64,000 nucleotides of DNA from Gammaproteobacteria bacterium (GTDB lineage: Bacteria > Pseudomonadota > Gammaproteobacteria > Arenicellales > Poriferihabitantaceae): NCBI GenBank assembly GCA_047639475.1, contig JBLIOD010000003.1, positions 25,875 through 89,874 on the forward strand, read 5' to 3'. Each line of letters begins with the position of its first letter. The stretch's first letter is position 1. This document shows, piece after piece, positions 27,463-40,183 of the stretch. The translations under genes and the position numbers were made by a program. Below the pieces are notes generated by a model. The model ran no database searches. It had not been told where the DNA came from and worked only from the letters and a program-made list of their open reading frames with translations.

Positions 27463-29121
27463 TTACGTCAAAATCAAGTCGGCTTTATGGGCTTGTTTCA
27501 TTTCGACCTTGTACCTGGTTTCGCTCCAGCTCAATTGCGCCTGCATGATTTTAGCAATTCGAATGGCAGTAGATAAAGATACTCGCTGATTGTGCGCGAG
27601 AGTGGTTCTGCGACAGAGGACATCTGTTAAACGTTGGGCATATTCGTGGTCGATGGCATAACATACTTCACCGACCAGTGTTTCACCGGTAACCGGCCTT
27701 AAATACCCCTCCCGCTTTGAAAAATATTCGGTAGTTTGCTGCCAGCGGTGGCCGTATTTGTTGAATAACGTCTTTTCTAATTCAGTTTTTGGTCGAGATC
27801 GTTGCGCGCTATCAACAATTTCAAAACTAAGGGGGTTCTTGCGGTTTGTTGATAATTGATAATGTGATTTGAGCATACTTACCACTTCGTCTGCCACCGC
27901 TGGGGCAGTAGTGAACTTAACGCCTCTCACTTCTATGATGCCGCGCCGTGCTTGAATTTGAGTTTGCTCTTGCTGCTGCAGATGATCTTGTTGGAACAAA
28001 TGGAGGTTAACGCTAGAGTGGTCACGCAACTTAAACGAAGCCTTTGTTGACGTTGAATCCAGTGGCAACCAGCCACTTTGCCAGTGCGTCACTTCGTCAA
28101 GTTGAATCTTTAACTTAGGTTGCGCAGTATTGATATTAGCAACAATCGTTTGTTTGTCTTTGCTGCTGAGTTTAAGTCCGTTGTTTGATTGGCTCTGATG
28201 ATTATAGAATGTTCCAATAACTGTTTGCTTGCCTTTAGGGAGTATGAAAAATTGGCGTTCTTTGGTCTTACCCTTTCCTTCGTCACCGTTTAAGTGCTCT
28301 TGAATAGGCAAGCCAAACGCCGAAGAGGGATGTATTAAGCGGTCAATCACCAGATTGATAGACCTAGCCCACTGGGTGTTTTTTAGTGAGGCAGGTATGG
28401 GGGCGTTAAGGTTGCCAAGATTGTGACCTGTCGCATCAATTAACCACCGAGTGGCTATGGTGGCAGTTTTGTTGGTGAATCTATTTTTAACGGACACGCC
28501 GCTGAATTTGCCTTTATCTAGAAGGGTTTTTTCGACCTTGCAATAGTTGGCCAGGTGGCAGCCGTGTTTACGTGCGGCCATGACCACTTCTAGCACCAAT
28601 CTCTCCGGGTGGTTAATGACTGTTTCATGCCAGCGTGCCACTGCACTTACTGAAGTCTGGTCGTATAATAGTGACCCTTTGTCTAGCGAGTTTTTAGGAA
28701 TAACCCGAGAGTTAGGTATATGAACACTGGAGGGTACGCCCAAGTTACGATTTTGACTGACTAGATCGTTAAGTGCTAACGCGCAGCGCATTAGCCAGGG
28801 ATTTCTAATGCTGAATGTTTTTAGTGCGATGTTAAACGGTGTAATAGTGGCCAGTTGAGGAGCCAACTGCAGAAAATAGCGTCTAGATTCGACTGAGCGT
28901 TTGATTCGTTTAAAGTCTAAACGCGGTATATAGCGCAAACCGCCATGCAGTATGCCTAAAGTGTTGGCTGAGGTTTTTGCGCCAAAATCGGTGGCTTCAA
29001 GCAATGCGCATTTGTAACCCGCTTTCGACAGTTTTTCGGCGATACACGCACCGTATATCCCGCCACCCGCAATGACGACATCAAATCGCTCTTTGGACAG
29101 AGATTCAATGTGGCTGCTCAT
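27463..29121 (-). CDS. FAD-dependent oxidoreductase, glycerol-3-phosphate dehydrogenase (GlpD/GlpA)-like
   Basis: N-terminal dinucleotide fold FDVVIAGGGIYGACIAEKLSKAGYKCALLE and motif GILHGGLRY. The C-terminal LTDVLCRRTTLAH resembles the GlpD C-domain. I prefer the ATG at 29121 (MSSHIESL...). An upstream start at 29163 is possible. Confidence 0.75.
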   Translation of the reverse strand: MSSHIESLSKERFDVVIAGGGIYGACIAEKLSKAGYKCALLEATDFGAKTSANTLGILHGGLRYIPRLDFKRIKRSVESRRYFLQLAPQLATITPFNIALKTFSIRNPWLMRCALALNDLVSQNRNLGVPSSVHIPNSRVIPKNSLDKGSLLYDQTSVSAVARWHETVINHPERLVLEVVMAARKHGCHLANYCKVEKTLLDKGKFSGVSVKNRFTNKTATIATRWLIDATGHNLGNLNAPIPASLKNTQWARSINLVIDRLIHPSSAFGLPIQEHLNGDEGKGKTKERQFFILPKGKQTVIGTFYNHQSQSNNGLKLSSKDKQTIVANINTAQPKLKIQLDEVTHWQSGWLPLDSTSTKASFKLRDHSSVNLHLFQQDHLQQQEQTQIQARRGIIEVRGVKFTTAPAVADEVVSMLKSHYQLSTNRKNPLSFEIVDSAQRSRPKTELEKTLFNKYGHRWQQTTEYFSKREGYLRPVTGETLVGEVCYAIDHEYAQRLTDVLCRRTTLAHNQRVSLSTAIRIAKIMQAQLSWSETRYKVEMKQAHKADLILT

Positions 29122-29245
29122 GGTTATAACAGGTTGTTCAACTTGTCCAAGCGATTGAAGCAAAGGCGCTCTATAATTTGGTTCGAAGTTTGTTTGGGGG
29201 CGTGTGTCGCGCGGATTTTGTTAGCGATTACTCTAGTGTGTATGT

Positions 29246-29680
29246 TCATTGTGCGCTTGCGCCTAGTGGCTCTTGATTCGTTAGTTTATCAACCCAGGTC
29301 GTAAAAGCGCGAAGGGCATTAATGAAACTATTCATGGTAAGGTTGATTTTATTGAGCATGTTCTTTATGCGCTTAGTGACTATATTCGAATCAAAAGTGG
29401 GTTTAATGTTTAAAAGTACCAGCGTCATTTGTGCTTTTATTTAATTTGGTTTTATCTTTTTGACTAGCCCCTTTATCGCAGATATTTGTTTACTGTACTT
29501 GATTTGTATCGTCGCTATCAATCTACCGAAGTGGTGGCGGAGAATGATATTGACTAAAAAAATGATACCAGGGCCTTTGCCTAAATATCCAAATGGTAGT
29601 GCTTTCCAGCGGATAAAGTTAGCCAAAACTCGGCGGCAACTTAATCCATTGAAGTCATATTGTGAGTTGGTAGGTTTCAT
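29246..29680 (-). other. Two small ORFs (79 and 60 codons) in the same frame, separated by one TAA plus 4 codons; either a disrupted gene or two small proteins
   Basis: The minus-strand junction reads ...AAA CCA AAT TAA ATA AAA GCA CAA ATG ACG CTG... The pair is tightly packed, 2 nt after the HAD-like gene stop. I recognise no family. The region is AT-rich. Confidence 0.3.
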
Positions 29681-29682
29681 GG

Positions 29683-31758
29683 TTAGTGTGATAAAAAACG
29701 GTAGGCGTTGTTAATGAACCAGGCTAAGCGAGTGAAAGGGTTAAATCTTAGCTTGCTCTTACTGGCAGTCCATAGCGAGCTATCATCCTTTATCGATTTT
29801 GTAGACCCCTGATGTTGGCCTGCAAAATCATCTTGATGTGCTTCATGTCGCACTCGAATGATTTCAGCTGTTTTAGGAAAGGCCACTTTGGCTAAGTACA
29901 TAAAGTTAAGCCACGCCTTTAAATTCCCCGTTTTATAGTTGTATATCTGCGCGGCGGCAGCATACCTTTTTGCATTTTCGACTACGCCTTCATGTAGTGG
30001 GGCGTAATATTGACTTTGTGCGATTTCATCTTGGCCAATGGCATCATCCGTTTTACGGAACACCAGTTTTGGTTTGCCGGCTTCCACTTTATAAGCAATC
30101 AAGGTGGGGTGGGGCGCGCGGCAAATTTCTTCCAATACGGGTTTTAGTGTATTGGTCATTGAGCTGTAAAAGCTCACGCGGTGCGCGTCGTAAACTAAGC
30201 CTTCAAGGCTATTTTGATGTGTGTTGCGATAAGGCGCTGCGCGTATGGCACCTAAAGTAAAGCCGAAAATTCGTGGCTTATCGGTACGCGGCTCGATGGC
30301 GTCAGATAAATAGTGTTGAATGGTGCCTAGCCAACCTATGTCGACCAAGGCGACTTTGTCACTTTCAAAAAAGCCCTCGCTTTCCAAATATAGCTGGAAG
30401 GCGCTATTGCTGTCTTTAGTCTGTCGTTTTACTTCCGTTTGAAACGCTTGGTCATCTAGCAGGTGTGCAAACTTGCCATCTGCTGCTTCATTGTAATCTG
30501 CGCTGTTAAAACCGATGGCGTCGTCGTCGTTGAGACCGAAACGATCGAGGTGACCAGTAAACTGCTCAACGTCCAATTTGAATATACGGCAAATGTCTTT
30601 GAAGTCACGGTTGCCGGCAGGGAAACGGGCGACATGAGAATTGAGCACACTCAATCCTTGATGGGCGCAAGCCGTAGAAGCTACGCCCATTCGGCTAACG
30701 TAGAGATAGCTGGCTTTAGGCGCGTCACCGAGTGGATAAAACCACGGTACCATGGCATCCCATATTTGTTTAAATAGCCACCCTTCGCGGGCGCAAAAGT
30801 AGACCCTTTCAATGTCTTCCTCCTTGCAGCGCTCGATAAGCTTATGAATAAAGTAGCTTAATAAGTAGCCAAAAAATCCGAAGCCGTCGGTGTATAACGG
30901 ACTTTTATCTTGATTTTCTTGTTCCAGTGGCAACATCCATTGTAGGTGGTTTCGGCCTTTCCAGAAATCGCGTTTAGTCGCGTAGTAGTTATAGCGAGTT
31001 GCCAAAGACAAGCGATGGTGTTCACCGATGTCGTGCAAGTGATAGGCGCTAATGCCAAACTCAATAGGCTTGATAAAATCGGAGTGAGCATTATCTCCAA
31101 TGTGCAGCCACTTGTCTTTGTTTAAGTCATGTTTTGTTTGCAGCAATGGCCAGGCAGCGCCGGATGCTTTGGCATTAAAAGTATCAGCTGAGGAGATAAT
31201 GTCTTCAAAATATTGCGCAATATGTTTGTCCTTGGCCAATGTTTTTAAGTACTTTGCGGGTAGATAAATATCGGACACCAAAAACAAACGAATGCCTTTA
31301 AGGTGCAATGCTTTTATCCAGTCAACTGCTTCCTCACGAACCACTATCATGGCGCTTTCCATCGCAATTTCAAAGTTAGCAACTTGTTTAAATAACGAGG
31401 AGGGAAGCTTTTTGCCAAAAATGCTGAGTAGCACTTCTTGCATGTAATCGTCATAGCGCGCTTCAAAATCTGGATACGTGGCGCCGTTGATATCACGATG
31501 AGTTTGTTCAATGGTATTGCGTAATAGTTGAACTTCACGCGGACTAATTTGGATGTCTGACTTTTTAGCGGCATCACTGATCATCTTTGCCACCGGAATT
31601 TTGATCATGTTCGGGTCAGGCACCCGCCGAATGAACAGTGTGTCGAAGACATCAAAACTGATAGTGTCAAATTGATCAAGCTGGCTGTTGGCTTGTTGGA
31701 TCAGGCTTTGCCAGGTATAAAAGCTTTGCAAGGTGGTGTCCGGTCTATTATTTTCCAC
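29683..31758 (-). CDS. Large HAD-superfamily hydrolase-like protein (COG5610-like) with a long uncharacterised C-terminal region
   Basis: 691 aa. HAD motif I-like ISFDVFDTLFIRR, motif II RLFLVSDIY and motif IV WLHIGDNAHSDF. Overlaps the upstream GT2 gene by 11 nt. Confidence 0.7.
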   Translation of the reverse strand: MENNRPDTTLQSFYTWQSLIQQANSQLDQFDTISFDVFDTLFIRRVPDPNMIKIPVAKMISDAAKKSDIQISPREVQLLRNTIEQTHRDINGATYPDFEARYDDYMQEVLLSIFGKKLPSSLFKQVANFEIAMESAMIVVREEAVDWIKALHLKGIRLFLVSDIYLPAKYLKTLAKDKHIAQYFEDIISSADTFNAKASGAAWPLLQTKHDLNKDKWLHIGDNAHSDFIKPIEFGISAYHLHDIGEHHRLSLATRYNYYATKRDFWKGRNHLQWMLPLEQENQDKSPLYTDGFGFFGYLLSYFIHKLIERCKEEDIERVYFCAREGWLFKQIWDAMVPWFYPLGDAPKASYLYVSRMGVASTACAHQGLSVLNSHVARFPAGNRDFKDICRIFKLDVEQFTGHLDRFGLNDDDAIGFNSADYNEAADGKFAHLLDDQAFQTEVKRQTKDSNSAFQLYLESEGFFESDKVALVDIGWLGTIQHYLSDAIEPRTDKPRIFGFTLGAIRAAPYRNTHQNSLEGLVYDAHRVSFYSSMTNTLKPVLEEICRAPHPTLIAYKVEAGKPKLVFRKTDDAIGQDEIAQSQYYAPLHEGVVENAKRYAAAAQIYNYKTGNLKAWLNFMYLAKVAFPKTAEIIRVRHEAHQDDFAGQHQGSTKSIKDDSSLWTASKSKLRFNPFTRLAWFINNAYRFLSH

Positions 31759-32683
31759 TTAGCTTGGCAGCTAATCGCTTGAGCAAAGTTTTTGCTAAGC
31801 TTGCGGTAGGGATGTTGGCGATGTTTTGAGCGTCATTAGCGAAAGCAGGCTTTAGCTGCATACGCACGCCGTGCAATTCTTGTTCTAGCTGTACCAATCT
31901 ATCAATGCCGACGTTTACCCGTTCTTGTTGCGCAGAAGGAACTTGTCGTAAAACAGCGTTGCGGATGATTTCTTGGTCTTGCTCGCGCCCGATGATGGCC
32001 GCTTGACTGATGGTGTTGCCACTGTGAATGCGGTAATTCATCAATGCCTCGTCGTGGGCGTAATGTACTCTATTTTCAAATGCATTCAGCAATCTGAAAA
32101 TGTAGTCATAATCGTGTAAATAGCGATATGGTGCAAATTTACCGACAGTATTTTTAGCCTCTGCTGTCATCAGCAGATTAGAAGTGGTCACCATTAAGTT
32201 TCCTTTTAAGAAACCACGATAAACATCATCGGGTTGCTGCAAGAAGAAGTCACGATTGTTTTTATGCCATTGTAGCCAACCAAATTCTGGGTTGGTGATG
32301 GCAGCGCTATCGTCGTCGATGGGTGAGACTTCTGAGAAAATGGCTGCAGATTGTTGCTCAATCATTCTGTCGATCAACCGCTCAATTCGGGCAGGATGGA
32401 ATACATCGTCAGAATTGATGATACCTACGTACTCGCCTTTGGTCTTTGCTAAGCCTGCATTGAGGGCGTTATAGGCGTCTTGGTTATGTTGGTGAAAATA
32501 TTGTACCCGCGAGTCATCGTATGCCTTTACAATATCGGGGGTGCTATCTGTTGAGCCATCGTCAATGATGATGAGCTCCAGATTTTCCCAGGTTTGATTC
32601 AAAACGCTGTCTATCGCCTCACTCACGAACTTTTCGTGGTTGTAAGCAGGCATCACAATACTGACTAATGGTAACAATTTCAT
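31748..32683 (-). CDS. Family 2 glycosyltransferase (GT-A fold), soluble type
   Basis: 311 aa. VSIVMPAYNHEKFVSEAIDSVLNQTWENLELIIIDDGSTDST and a DXD-like INSDD. No C-terminal TM segments. Confidence 0.85.
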   Translation of the reverse strand: MKLLPLVSIVMPAYNHEKFVSEAIDSVLNQTWENLELIIIDDGSTDSTPDIVKAYDDSRVQYFHQHNQDAYNALNAGLAKTKGEYVGIINSDDVFHPARIERLIDRMIEQQSAAIFSEVSPIDDDSAAITNPEFGWLQWHKNNRDFFLQQPDDVYRGFLKGNLMVTTSNLLMTAEAKNTVGKFAPYRYLHDYDYIFRLLNAFENRVHYAHDEALMNYRIHSGNTISQAAIIGREQDQEIIRNAVLRQVPSAQQERVNVGIDRLVQLEQELHGVRMQLKPAFANDAQNIANIPTASLAKTLLKRLAAKLSGK

Positions 32684-32722
32684 TAATTTATTGCTCGTGG
32701 CTCAATTGACTGAATTCGGATT

Positions 32723-35174
<2,452 letters not shown>

Positions 35175-35329
35175 TCTCGTTTGCTTAGAGTTGGCTAAAA
35201 AAGGTGAAAAAAGGCTGTTATCACCTGAATTAGCTTGATCTGGCGTCCCTTTGGGCCTGTAAATCGCATACAATCGCGAGCCATTTTATTCCGCGCATTT
35301 TTTAAAAGGCATTTTGCCTGGCCCATCAC

Positions 35330-37150
35330 ATGAAAGACTTAAGAAATATTGCCATAATCGCTCACGTTGACCATGGTAAAACAACCCTCGTTGATAGACT
35401 ACTACAACAATCAGGTACGCTAGGTGATCGATTTGGCCCTGTCGAGCGGGTAATGGATGGTAACGATCTAGAAAAAGAACGCGGAATTACCATTGTGTCT
35501 AAGAATACTGCGCTTAAGTGGAATGACTATCGTATCAATATCGTTGATACGCCAGGGCACGCAGATTTCGGCGGCGAAGTCGAGCGCGTGTTGTCGATGG
35601 TGGATAGTGTATTGTTGCTGGTGGACGCCGTAGAAGGGCCAATGCCGCAAACTCGTTTCGTAACACAAAAGGCCTTCGAACACGGATTACGGCCAATCGT
35701 AGTGGTAAACAAAATTGACCGCGACGGCGCTAGGCCAGACTGGGTGGTTGACCAAACCTTTGATTTGTTTGATCGTCTAGGCGGTACAGATGAACAGCTA
35801 GATTTTCCTGTCGTTTATACTTCAGCGATCGAAGGCTATGCAACGCTTGATGCGAACGTTCGCACAGAGAGCATGGATACTCTGTTCCAAGCCGTCATTG
35901 ATCACGCTCCAGAGCCGGATGTTGACGTTGAAGCGCCATTTCAGATGCAGGTTTCTTCAGTAGATTACTCGAGTTTTGTGGGCGTTATTGGCATAGGCCG
36001 AGTACGGAACGGCAAAGTGAAGCGCAACACACCTATTACAGTGGTAGATAGTGAAGGCAAAAAGCGCAACGCGCGAATTATGCAAATATTGGGCTTTCAC
36101 GGCCTGCAACGAATTGAAGTGGAGACTGCTCAGGCAGGAGACATTATCGCTGTAACTGGTATAGAACAATTATCTATTTCTGATACCTTGTGTGACCCGG
36201 CAGCACCAGTAGCGTTACCGCCATTGACGGTCGACCAGCCCACGGTGACAATGATGTTCCAGGTTAACACATCCCCTTTTAGCGGCAAGGAAGGCAAGTT
36301 TGTAACGTCTCGACAGATACTTGAGCGTTTAGAAAAAGAACTGATTCATAACGTGGCGCTGCGCGTAACACCAACGCCAAACCCAGATATGTTCGAAGTG
36401 GCTGGAAGAGGTGAATTACATTTGTCAATTTTGCTTGAGACCATGCGCCGTGAAGGCTTTGAGATAGCGGTCTCTAGGCCTCAAGTTATTTATAGAGAGA
36501 TAGATGGGGTTCGCTGCGAACCCTTTGAGGATGTGGATATCGATATTGAAGAAGCAAACCAAGGGGCTTTGATGGAAGCCATTGGGATGCGCAAAGGTGA
36601 ACTTAAAGATATGCAGCCTGACGGCAAAGGCCGAGTGCGTTTAGTTTATTTTATGCCAGCGAGAGGCTTAATTGGTTTTCAGACTGACTTTATGACGCTG
36701 ACGTCTGGCACGGGTCTAATGAACCATGTCTTTAGTGAATACCAACCCGTTGTCGAAGGTGAATTTTCGGGTCGACGAAATGGTGCGCTTGTTTCGATGG
36801 CGACCGGTAAAGCTGTTGCGTTTGCGCTTTGGAATTTGCAGGAGCGTGGAAAGTTGATGTTGGGGCACGGCGCCGAAGTTTACGAGGGGCAGATAGTGGG
36901 CATTCACTCGCGTAGGAATGACTTAGTGGTGAACCCATTGAAGGGGAAGCAGTTGAGTAATGTTCGAGCTTCGGGTAAGGATGACAGTATTAATCTTGAG
37001 CCGCCAATGCAAGTAACCTTAGAGTCAGCTTTGGAATTAATAGAAGACGACGAGTTGGTGGAAATCACGCCGTTGAGTATTCGAATCCGCAAGAAATTAT
37101 TAACTGAGAGCGATCGAAAGCGCGCAGGACGAAGTAAGGATAAAGAGTGA
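35330..37150 (+). CDS. typA: Translational GTPase TypA/BipA
   Basis: 606 aa. G-motifs [26 protein letters not shown] and NKIDR. Confidence 0.96.
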   Translation: MKDLRNIAIIAHVDHGKTTLVDRLLQQSGTLGDRFGPVERVMDGNDLEKERGITIVSKNTALKWNDYRINIVDTPGHADFGGEVERVLSMVDSVLLLVDAVEGPMPQTRFVTQKAFEHGLRPIVVVNKIDRDGARPDWVVDQTFDLFDRLGGTDEQLDFPVVYTSAIEGYATLDANVRTESMDTLFQAVIDHAPEPDVDVEAPFQMQVSSVDYSSFVGVIGIGRVRNGKVKRNTPITVVDSEGKKRNARIMQILGFHGLQRIEVETAQAGDIIAVTGIEQLSISDTLCDPAAPVALPPLTVDQPTVTMMFQVNTSPFSGKEGKFVTSRQILERLEKELIHNVALRVTPTPNPDMFEVAGRGELHLSILLETMRREGFEIAVSRPQVIYREIDGVRCEPFEDVDIDIEEANQGALMEAIGMRKGELKDMQPDGKGRVRLVYFMPARGLIGFQTDFMTLTSGTGLMNHVFSEYQPVVEGEFSGRRNGALVSMATGKAVAFALWNLQERGKLMLGHGAEVYEGQIVGIHSRRNDLVVNPLKGKQLSNVRASGKDDSINLEPPMQVTLESALELIEDDELVEITPLSIRIRKKLLTESDRKRAGRSKDKE

Positions 37151-37322
37151 TTTGTTGAATCTGATAGAGAATTTAGGGAAAATATAGGCTAATATCGCTA
37201 TCTTAGCTATATTTCTACATGAAATTACTAGTTTTGCGTGGTAACTTCTTGATATAGAATAATATTGTCCAACTAATTGATGGGTACGGTCTAACTGTAA
37301 CAATAAATTTCTCTATACGAAC

Positions 37323-38381
37323 TTGTTTGGATTAGGTAACAAAACTAGCTTATTAGGCGTCGACGTAGGTGAATCATCGATCAAGATGGTTCAGCTAGAA
37401 CATCTTAATAAAAAATTTCGCTTGGCCAAGTTTCATATTGAACCTATGCCCAGAGGGCTCATTGTAGAAGGCAGAGTGATGGATGTGTCGCAATTATCTG
37501 AGACACTACAGCGAGTTTTAAAGGAACAAAAAATATCGGTAAAAGCCGTCGTTGCTTCAGTAAATTATACTGATGTGATTGTTAAAAGACTACGCTCGAA
37601 AAAAGGCATGAGAGAGCGTGAACTCGAGCAATGGGTCGAGTACGAGGTAGATAAATTTGTACCGTACACCATGGATGAGTTAAATCTGGATTTTGAAATA
37701 GATGAAGCGCAATCTAACGAGCTCGAAGATGAGATAGTGGTTACAGCATGCCGAAAACAAGCTGTAGAAGGCATTGTTGAGTGTGTGGAAAAGGCTGGGC
37801 TCGAGCCTTATGCTGTTGATATATCAAATCAAGCGCTATTACGTGCGGGCGCAAGTGATCTAGAAGGATTTGCTGGAGGCGGTTTAAACGATCTTACGGC
37901 CATTATTGACGTTGGCATGTCGACAACACGGTTCTATGTTTTTTCCGGCCAAAACATGGTTTATCACCGAGATGAGGCCTTTGGTGCGAATTATTTGATT
38001 GATGACTTCGCTTCAGAATACAAAATTAGCGCGGATAAAGCCCACGCGATGTTATATAAAAATAAGATGCCTAAAGCTTATAAGGAGAATGTTCTTAAGC
38101 CCTACGTGAAATCTTTTTTGAACGAAATAGAGCGCGGAATGTATGCGTTTGAGTCATCAGGGACCCGAGGACAAATCGCTCGAGTTTTATTGGTTGGCGG
38201 AAGTGTCCAGATACCCGATATTGAGAACATTCTCTCTAAAAAGCTACGCATTGACGTAAAACTGATGAACCCACTTGCGAGCATCAAAAAGCCCAGCCGT
38301 ATAAATGCCAATATGTTGAATGAATTCGGCCCTCAATTAGCGCATGCTTGTGGTTTGGCTATGTGGAAGGGGCCCAAGTGA
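37323..38381 (+). CDS. pilM: Type IV pilus assembly protein PilM
   Basis: 352 aa actin-like ATPase fold (LLGVDVGESSIKMVQL). First gene of the pilMNOPQ run. TTG start. Confidence 0.9.
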   Translation: MFGLGNKTSLLGVDVGESSIKMVQLEHLNKKFRLAKFHIEPMPRGLIVEGRVMDVSQLSETLQRVLKEQKISVKAVVASVNYTDVIVKRLRSKKGMRERELEQWVEYEVDKFVPYTMDELNLDFEIDEAQSNELEDEIVVTACRKQAVEGIVECVEKAGLEPYAVDISNQALLRAGASDLEGFAGGGLNDLTAIIDVGMSTTRFYVFSGQNMVYHRDEAFGANYLIDDFASEYKISADKAHAMLYKNKMPKAYKENVLKPYVKSFLNEIERGMYAFESSGTRGQIARVLLVGGSVQIPDIENILSKKLRIDVKLMNPLASIKKPSRINANMLNEFGPQLAHACGLAMWKGPK

Positions 38382-38950
38382 TGGGGAGCGTAAACTTACT
38401 GCCCTGGCGCGAGGAAAGGAGATATAGGCGCGACAAACGATTGCTCGGTGTCAGTATCATTTACTGGCTCGTTTGTGCGGCAATAGTAATTCTGATGTTG
38501 TCCTCAATCAGCGGTTCGGTCAGTAGTCAGAATAAGCGGAACCAATTTTTGATCGGCCATAACGCCAGACTAAATGTGGAAATTAAAGATGTTGAGCAAT
38601 TAAAGGAAGACAAAATAGAGTTGCTTGCTCGAATCGAGATAATACAAAATTTGCAGGATAACCGAGTACAAATCGTACACGTGTTAGATGACATGGTTCG
38701 TAAACTCCCCAGTGGCGTTACCCTGGATGTCATGTCTAAGCAAGATAAAAAAATAAAGTTAATCGGCCGAGCTCAGTCAAACTCGAGAGTCTCTGAATTG
38801 ATGAATTATTTGGATTCCTCGTTGTGGTTTGGCAAATCAGATCTAACGGTTGTGAATGTCACAGACGAAGAAAATAACAAATTAAGTCAGTTTGAGTTAG
38901 CCGTTACCGAAAAAAATCTATCGGCTGGCAAGCTAGGGGAAGCAAACTAA
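38381..38950 (+). CDS. pilN: Type IV pilus assembly protein PilN
   Basis: VNLLPWREERR motif followed by a single TM. I place the start at ATG 38381, which overlaps the pilM stop (TGATG). Confidence 0.88.
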   Translation: MGSVNLLPWREERRYRRDKRLLGVSIIYWLVCAAIVILMLSSISGSVSSQNKRNQFLIGHNARLNVEIKDVEQLKEDKIELLARIEIIQNLQDNRVQIVHVLDDMVRKLPSGVTLDVMSKQDKKIKLIGRAQSNSRVSELMNYLDSSLWFGKSDLTVVNVTDEENNKLSQFELAVTEKNLSAGKLGEAN

Positions 38951-39603
38951 TGGCACTTAGTGATTACCTAGAAGAGCTACAGGAAATAGAGTTATCCGAT
39001 TTATCTTCATGGCCTTATTGGCTGAAAGTTATAGGGTCGCTGGTAGTGGGTTTGGCCATAATGCTGGCGGGTTACCAGTTATTGTACTCTCCAAACCAGA
39101 GCCGGCTGGAAAGCGCTGAAGCTCAAGAAGTTACGTTAAAAACGGAATTTGAAACTAAACAACAATTGGTAGCAAATCTACCCGCTTACAAACTGCAAAT
39201 GCTAGAGATTCAAGATCGATTTGATGCACTGCTTAAGCAGTTGCCGAACCAGACAGAGGTGCCGGCTTTGTTGACGGATATTTCTCAGGTAGGTAAGGAG
39301 CGAGGTCTAGAGTTTAGACGTTTTAAACCACTCCAAGCCAACCAGAAAGATTTTTATGTGGAGTTACCTATCGAAATTGACGCGTCGGGAACATACCACC
39401 AGTTGGCCAGCTTTGTCAGTGACATAGCGAACTTCGAACGCGTCGTCACTATCGGTAATGTTGAGATGCAGCGTACTGAATTTAAGCAGGACGCGGATCT
39501 TGCTATTGAGAACATACCGCTGACTTTTAAGGCGATCTTACATACCTACCACTATAATGAATCAGACCAAAAGAAAAACCTAATCAGTGAGGCCTTGAAA
39601 TAA
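38950..39603 (+). CDS. pilO: Type IV pilus assembly protein PilO
   Basis: 217 aa with an N-terminal TM, a coiled region and a ferredoxin-like C-terminus. Positioned as in the pilMNOPQ order. Confidence 0.85.
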   Translation: MALSDYLEELQEIELSDLSSWPYWLKVIGSLVVGLAIMLAGYQLLYSPNQSRLESAEAQEVTLKTEFETKQQLVANLPAYKLQMLEIQDRFDALLKQLPNQTEVPALLTDISQVGKERGLEFRRFKPLQANQKDFYVELPIEIDASGTYHQLASFVSDIANFERVVTIGNVEMQRTEFKQDADLAIENIPLTFKAILHTYHYNESDQKKNLISEALK

Positions 39604-40139
39604 TGATTGTGGCGCGCTCACTCTGCAAAAGTGTTTTTTTGGTTGCTATTAGCCTATTGCTGACGGCGTGTACAGACGATAGAGGAATACAAGACTTGGA
39701 GCAATTTGTTGCTGAACAAAAGAGCATTAAACCACCTGAAATTGAACCATTGCCAGTGATAGAGCCAGCAGATTCATACGCTTACGCAGCTGCTTCAGAA
39801 GGCAATCCATTTTCGATATCGAACGTAATACCGGATGTTAAGGTTATGCCGAAAGCGGAACCGCTCGTCATGAAGTTGGATAGGGACCGTGAAATTCTTG
39901 AATATTTCCCGATCGATTCCTTAAAAATGGTAGGTACCTTGAATCAAGGAGGCGCACTTTGGGCTATGGTGGTTGCGCCTGATGACACGATTCACCGTGT
40001 TAAAAAAGGCAACTACATCGGAACTAATTTAGGTAAAATTTTACAGGTAGTAGAAGGCCAAATAGTGATTGAAGAGACCTACGAATCTGATAATGGTGAG
40101 TGGGAAAAGAGAAAAGTTAGTGTTGCCTTGCCAGAATAG
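39603..40139 (+). CDS. pilP: Type IV pilus assembly lipoprotein PilP
   Basis: 178 aa with lipobox LLLTAC. Position is consistent with pilP. Confidence 0.85.
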   Translation: MIVARSLCKSVFLVAISLLLTACTDDRGIQDLEQFVAEQKSIKPPEIEPLPVIEPADSYAYAAASEGNPFSISNVIPDVKVMPKAEPLVMKLDRDREILEYFPIDSLKMVGTLNQGGALWAMVVAPDDTIHRVKKGNYIGTNLGKILQVVEGQIVIEETYESDNGEWEKRKVSVALPE

Positions 40140-40183
40140 ATAGACTATAAGATAGATTATATAACGTTAAATACAACGATTTA

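Noticed and set aside
24597-29680. TldD/PmbA plus small upstream ORFs as a microcin/RiPP-type cluster
   Set aside because: TldD and PmbA look like the housekeeping orthologs. The small ORFs are not Cys/Ser/Gly-rich precursor-like. No cyclodehydratase, YcaO, radical-SAM enzyme or exporter is present.
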